From the NCBI GenBank assembly GCA_043228905.1, contig JBHGNT010000011.1, positions 3,968,001 through 4,032,000 on the forward strand: a DNA stretch of 64,000 bases, in the 5' to 3' direction. The notes beneath the pieces are model-generated. The model saw only the letters and a program-made list of their open reading frames with translations. It had not been told where the DNA came from and made no database searches. The DNA is from Azolla caroliniana. Taxonomy: Eukaryota > Plantae > Polypodiophyta. The position numbers and the translations under genes were made by a program. Below are positions 57,373 through 64,000 of the stretch, in pieces; within the stretch, counting starts at the first letter, position 1; each line of letters begins with the position of its first letter.

Positions 57373-60300
57373 TGTCGAGAATCGCGACCGGCCATAACTA
57401 ACTTCTCGTCCGGATGTTCGGGTGTAGGGAACGTAAAATAAAATGCGCTCAGATAGAGTACAAAAACAAAAATAGCACAAGAGACAAAAACACACGATTT
57501 CGGTTCCTCATCATCTAGGTTTTTTTCTTCCCATCCGGAGGGACCTGTTTCCTAACAAACTCCCCCTTCACTCCAGCATGGGGTACTGCACCAATTTGAT
57601 CTTCCGCCAGCACGTGCGCAACTTTTCTGATGGTAACACTTTAGTCAACATATCTAATCCATTTTCGGCCGTGTGGACCTTCAGTAGAGCAAACTCCCTT
57701 TCTTGTACCCTCTCCTGGAGCCAATGATACCTTCGTTGGATGTGCTTTGTCCTCAAGTGGTAGGCGGCATTTTTTGCAAGGTGGATGGCACTCTGATTAT
57801 CACAATAGAGTCGGAATTCTTCCTGCCGAATTCCCAGCTCACTAATAAACTCCATCATCCATACGATTTCCTTGCTGGCTTCTGCTGCGGCCATGTACTC
57901 GACTTCTGTGCTCGACAATGCCACGGCCTTCTGCAACCTTGATTGCCACGAGACAGCTCCCCCTGCATACTTCATTGTGTATCCGGACATGGATTGGTTG
58001 GTATCTACATCAGCCGACATGTCCAAATCCATGTAACCTTCCAATATGGGGTCACTTGAGCCGAAACAAGACACACGCTCGAAGTGCCTCTCAGGTACCG
58101 AAATATCCATTTCACGGTAGCCCAATGCTCTTTCCCGGGGTTGCTCATATATCGGGTGACCACTCCGACGGCGTATCCAATGTCTAGCCTGGTACACACC
58201 ATTGTGTACATCAGGCTTCCAACTGTCGAGGGATAGGGGACTTTTGACATCTCGGCCTTTTCGGTTTTCGATTTTGGACATTGATCTTTACTCAATTTGC
58301 AGTTCGTCGGTAGTGTCGAGACGACTGGTTTCACGCCTTCCATGCCGAATCTCTGGAGCACCTTTGTCACATATTTCTCCTTTGACAGCCATAGCAATTT
58401 CTTTGTTCTGTCCCGAACAATGTGCATACCCAAGATTTTCTTTGCCGGACCCATATCCTTCATCGAAAATGACCCGTTCAAGGCCTTCTTCAGTGATCAG
58501 ATCTTCATATGGTCTCGTCCGACAATTAGCATGTCATCCACGTACAACAAAAGGATGAGGAAATCTCCTTCATTGAACTTCTTCACAAATACGCAGTGAT
58601 CAGCCTGTGTTTTCTGGTACCCGTTTTCAGTCATGAAGGATTCGAATTTCCAGTACCATTGCCGTGGAGCCTGCTTCAACCTGTACATGCTCTTCCTCAA
58701 TCGGCATACCAGGTTTTCTTTACCTTTCATTACGAATCCTTCTGGCTGCTGCATATATAGCTCCTCTTCGAGATCTCCCTACAAAAACGTCGTCTTGACA
58801 TCCAATTGTTCGACTTCGAGATCCATGTTGGTCGCAATGCTCAACACGGTTCGGATGGATGTCATCTTCACTACCGAGGCAAATATTTCGTTGAAATCCA
58901 CGCCCTTCTTCTGTTGAAACCCTTTTACGACAATTCATGCTTTGTATCTGGGCGGTTTCAACTTGTATACCCATTTATTTCGGAGTGCCTTCTTCCCCTT
59001 CCGCAACCTGGTCAGTTCGTATGTGTGGTTTTCATGCAAGGAATCCATCTCCTCCTGCATGGCACATAACCACTCTCAGTTGTGGGTATCTTTCTTAGCT
59101 TCTTCATAGCTTTTCGGCTCCCCCTCATCGGTTAGAAGTACGCGTTCTTCATCCGGAAATCTTTGGGGTGCTCTTCGATCTCTAATGGGGTATCTTCAGC
59201 CTGCGTTTGGTACGGTTAGTTCATCTTCAACCTCTTCGTCCGAATAGATTTCGGTTCCTTGTTGCCGAATCCCCTTGATCATTAGTGAATTCTCGATTTT
59301 GCCGAGTATTAGATCGATCGATTGGTATGGGTTCAATTTCGATCGAACCGTCATCTACACAATCCAGTCGAGCATCGACTCGGCTCCATTCGGTGGTTGG
59401 AAACTTTTTCTCATTCTCCCAATCAATCATAGTCTTCTCTTCCATGAAGACAATGTCTTGGATCCTAATCACCTTCTTCTCGGCTAAGTCCCATAACTGA
59501 TAGCCGAACTCATCATCGCCGTAACCGATAAATATGCACGACCTAGATTTTAGGTCTAATTTCCCCCTCTGGTCCTTTGCCACATGCACAAAACCAAGAC
59601 AACCGAACACCCTCAAATGTTGGTACAACACATCTTTGCCGCTCCACACCCGTTGTGGAATATCACCGTACATGGGTACTCAGGGTGATCGGTAAATTCA
59701 CATGTGCAAGCATACTTCAGACTCTCTCCATTATAGTCGGATTCATTCTCTCGGCCAAGCCATTCAGCTCAGGCATTTTTGGCACAGTATACTCAAGCCG
59801 GATTCCTTCTTTTCTGTAATATTCTTCGAATGGTCCACGTTACTCTCCACCATTGTCCTCTTGGATTGCCTTCAACGTATGGCTAGTTTCTCTCTCGGGC
59901 CTCGCTTGAAACTCTTTGAAGACGGATAACACTTAATCCTTCGTCTTCAGCACAGAAGCCCATAACTTCCGGTTATAGTTGTCTATAAAGGTTGCCAAAT
60001 ATTGTGAACCACTATGTGACTTCGTGTCCACGTAGCATACATCCGTATGCACGAGTTCCACTGGTCTTTTCTTCCTCATTGAGGGCCTTGTTTGGAAGGA
60101 TGTTCGATTTTGCTTACCGGCCAAGCAATCCATGCATTTCTCAAGTTGCACGTTCTTGACCTCCAGAATGAGGTTATCCTCAACAAGCTTCCGCATCCCC
60201 TTTTGGCTCATGTGGCACAATCTGTTGTGCCACAGTTCACCAACTGTTTTGGCTGCCACATTCAATTTCCCATGGCATAATCGAGCATTCACTAAGTATA

Positions 60301-61820
60301 GTGTGTTGGTTTTCCGTGCTCAAGCCACGATTAGGCTCCCCTTGCAGAACGTCATGACACCATTCCGGATACTACCCATCTAGCTTTCAGCATTCAGCTG
60401 ACCGGCTGATATCAGGTTCAATCAAACCTTTGGAACGTGTCTAACATCTGCACGAGTCTAAAGCTAGTTCAGGTCACCAAACACATGTCTCCAATGTTGA
60501 CAATTCGGCATGCTCCTTCATTTCCCATCTTTACGGATCCGAGATCATCGGCCCTATACGATGAGAAGAATTTCCGGTCAGGGGTTAGGTGAAATGATGC
60601 ACCCGAATCGACCACCCATGTCGATTCATCGCCGACAAGGTTCACTTTTTTCTGCTCGCTAATGAGTAGCAACTCCTCCTCACTTGTCGCGATCGCCGAG
60701 GTGTTCCTTCTTTTCAAAAAAAAATTCGGTTGCACACCATCAGCTTCCCCTTTTTCCTTTCAGAAATGTCGACAATTCTTTTGAAAGTGCCCTGGCTTCC
60801 TGCAATAGAAGCACGTGGGCCTTCCTCTCAACTTCGACCTTGTCCTCGATTTGTCCCGATTTTGGGGACACTGATACCAGCCTCTTCCTCAATTGTGGTC
60901 ATCTTTTGTAACCAAGACCTTTGGATTAGTTCCGGACTCCCGGTCCTTTCGGCAAACTTCTTCATCTAGCAAGCTTGATTTGACTCTTGCTAGGGACAAC
61001 TGTTTTCCTTCTGGCCCGGCACTACTCAACGTGACAACTAGTGTCTACCAACTATCCAGGAGGGAACCGAGCAAGACCAATGCGAGTACCTCATCGGCAA
61101 GAGGGACTTACAACGAGGTTGCCTGGTTTATCAGTCCCTAGAAGGCATTCATGTGCTCCGCCATACTAGAGCCGTCTTGGTAGCGGAGCCTCACTAGCTT
61201 TCAGAATATCGAAACCTGATTAACAACATTCTTGTTTTGGAACATGATGCCGATCTTCTCCCTGAGTTCATGAGCCTTACTTTCTTCATTGAAATTGTTG
61301 TACAGGCTCATGTCGATGAAGCACCGGATGTATGCTCGTCTTCATGTGCATCACCTCCCACACTATGGCGTCAATCTTAACTGGGCTCTTGTCCCCGAAC
61401 TGAACCCGACAACCAAATATCTTTAACCACCAGCATATCCCTCATCTTTGACTTCCACACTGAGTAGTTGGAGCCGGTGAGCTTCAACATGCCGCCTAAC
61501 GATTCTTCCATTTCCTGTGTTGTTCGCTCTGATACCACTTTGTCGAGAATCGTGACTTGCCACAATCGGCTTCTCGTTTGGATGTTCAGGTGCAGGGAAC
61601 GTAAAATAGAATGCACTCAGACATAGTACGAAAACAAAAATAGCACAAGAGAAAGAAACACATGATTTTAACGTGGAAACCCGAAATGGGAAAAAACCAC
61701 GGGGGTCCACAAACCCCGAGAAACAAAATCACTATGCTAAAAGGGAGGGGAACAACTAGAAGCTCCGAGGCAACAACCTCAAGATTCTACTTCGTCAACA
61801 GACAGTTACACAGTTACTAT
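57373..61820 (-). mobile_element. Copia element E, degenerate, both LTRs partly deleted (57373-57557 and 61541-about 61820)
   Basis: TGTCGAGAATCG at both LTR edges, PBS TGGTATCAGAGC 61526-61537, PPT 57558-57570, gag, WVVDSGAS, integrase, YVDD RT, RNase H. Confidence 0.92.
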
Positions 61821-63552
61821 AATGACCGTCCCACAACTAGAGTAGGGAAGGCCGAAAGATACCAACCATATGAATTCCGGTATCCAGCCGGGTAGTACAG
61901 AAAAGGGGAATTGAGCAATATCTGAAAAGTGTACTTCTACAATTGTCGGAAGGAAGGCCATTATAGTATCTAGTGCCCGATCAAGTCTAACGAGAAACAT
62001 CCGGCAGTGAACATGGTGATTTCAGAATTCATGGATGTACATCAAGTCACCACCTGATCGAAAGGATGCAATCCGGAAGCAGGCTACAAAGTGGATACAA
62101 AAGGGAATTGAATGGAATGTAGCCGAAGGATGCTAAACCTGTAGCGCAATGACATTACCGGATGAACCCGAATTATGCAGTCAAAGTAAAAGAAGAAATT
62201 GATAAATTGCTAAGAGTCGGTTTTATCCGACCGGTAAAGGAAGTGACGTGGTTGAGCCCAATAGTCATAGTACTGAAGAAGAACATAAAATCCCGGGTCT
62301 GTGTCAACTACCGAAAACTTAATGCAACCACGGTGACAGATGCCTTTCCGCTACCATTTACAGATGGTGTATTGGATACGATAGCCGGACACAAAGTTTA
62401 CAGTTTCTTGGACGGTTTCAACGGGTATAATCAGATTCAGATGCATCCGGAGGACCAAGAAAAGACGACGTTCGTGACAGAATGGGGAGTGTTTGTTGCA
62501 GTGGTCATGATGTTTGGGCTCAAAACAGCACCGACAACATTTCAAAGAATTATAATGGAGATATTGGGAGAGTACAGCCTGACGTTCATGCAGGTATTTC
62601 TGGATGATTTTGTTGCCTATAGCTAGAGCAAAGACCACTTGGACCATCTCTAGATGTGTTTGGAAAAATGTCAAGGATTCCAATTCAGTTTAAACCCGGT
62701 GAAGTGTATCTTCAAAGTCACAAGTGGCGTATTGCTCGGGCACATTTTCAGTGAGGGAATTGTTGTGGACTTGGACAAGATAAAAGCAATTCTGCAAGCA
62801 CCAACGCCAACCAATGCCAAAGCATTGAGCCGGTTCTTAGGGCAGATACGATGGCATAGCCGGATGCTCCGATATCTAGCAGACTTCACAACTCTATTGC
62901 GTGCAGCTGTGCACCGCTTACCATTCCAATGGACGGAGCAAGAAGAGAAGGCTTATCAAGCGCTAAAAGTGATGCTATCACAAGCTCCTATGGTGCAACC
63001 TCCTTATTGGACGAAATATTTTCATGTGTTTGTCGATGCGTCAAACATTTCCATCGGGTGCATCCTCATGCAGCTCACAAAGCCGAAGTGGTACCGTCTG
63101 GTATACTACGCAAGCCGGAAACTTTCAAAAGCTCAACGGAATTATTCCACAATAGAGAGAGAAGCCTTGGGAATGGTATACAGTGTCACAAAGTACCGCC
63201 ATAATTTGTTAGGAAGAAAGTTTTCATTTCATGTTGACCACTCCGCACTAGTCTATTTGGTATCCAAGGCGTCACTAATGGGAAAATTAGCAAGGTGAAC
63301 CTTGTCACTACAAGAATTCAAATTTGATATATACAACCGACCTGGAGTTCAACATACTGTAGCCGACTAAATGAGCGGGTTAGAATCCGGCGAGGAAGGT
63401 GACTGGGTCTGGGATGAGTTTCCAAACGCGGAGTTATTCAAGGTGACCACGGAGACAGCGGTAGATAAGACAATAGCCGGTGAAAACAAATGGCTCACGG
63501 GCATGCACAAATTTGGTTCCGGATTACCTCTGGAAGAACTGAGCCAGGACGA
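61820..63552 (+). mobile_element. Degenerate Ty3 pol (RT-RNase H), probably the continuation of the 38036 gag
   Basis: VKEEIDKLL..WLSPIV, FLDGFNGYNQI, MMFGLK, VFLDD, FVDAS, NYSTIEREALG, HVDHSAL. Confidence 0.88.
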
Positions 63553-63685
63553 TGTCAGGAACTCTATTAAGGCAGAGAAGGAATTAGTACTAAAAGAAGG
63601 ATTAGTACTATTGTTGGGGAATAGTACTAAGACAGAGAAGGATTAGTACTATGAGAGGTGTCGAACTTTGAGAGAAGGAATGAGT

Positions 63686-63725
<40 letters not shown>

Positions 63726-64000
63726 TGATGCGAAAGATATATGTATTATATGACGGAAGATATACAACAGTAGTTAGAAGGCTTAAGACTGGCGTTGAAC
63801 CGATTTGGTTCGAACTAATGCCTTGCGCCTCCTTTTATAGTGTCTTCAGGAATACTCCTGAAGTTTCTAGAATGTTCCAGAGAAATCTGGAATATACATC
63901 AATTTCCCAATAAAACCTAAATGAAAATAATATCCTTCAAATTACAATTCATAACCTAATGGTAAAGTCTCGACCCGTGTAACAAAAGGTTATGGGTTCG
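63553..64000 (-). mobile_element. Chromovirus LTR related to the 39958/53590 LTRs, cut by the window edge
   Basis: Starts TGTCAGGA; shares AAGACTGGCGTTGAACC..TTTGGTTC and TTCTAGAATGTTCCAGAGA..CTGGAATATACATC. Confidence 0.9.

Overview
Repeat-dominated land-plant nuclear DNA; the retroelement mix suggests a non-seed plant such as a fern (inference). One probable host gene is present: a single-exon 939-aa C3HC4 RING protein (10710-13529). The rest is a deep stack of nested retroelements: degenerate Tcn1-like chromoviruses, five Ty1/copia pieces, an L1-type LINE inside a (CT)n tract, an outer Ty3 split between 38.0 kb and 61.8 kb, and one intact, very young Ty3 element (42907-51323; 4-bp TSD, tRNA-Trp PBS, -1 frameshift pseudoknot). 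The most unusual object is an apparently endonuclease-less Penelope-like element (about 38921-57365, split by a 14-kb LTR insertion). Its right end has a TATA box, a hammerhead ribozyme and a terminal hairpin. Its left end has an oppositely oriented 5S-rRNA-derived Pol III promoter followed by a structured sequence ending in AAACCCTAA, a telomere-template-like motif. Both ends share an inverted CGCACTCCTTG-hairpin-AAACC motif. This may be an undescribed system of an RT plus terminal non-coding RNAs; the functional model is inference.
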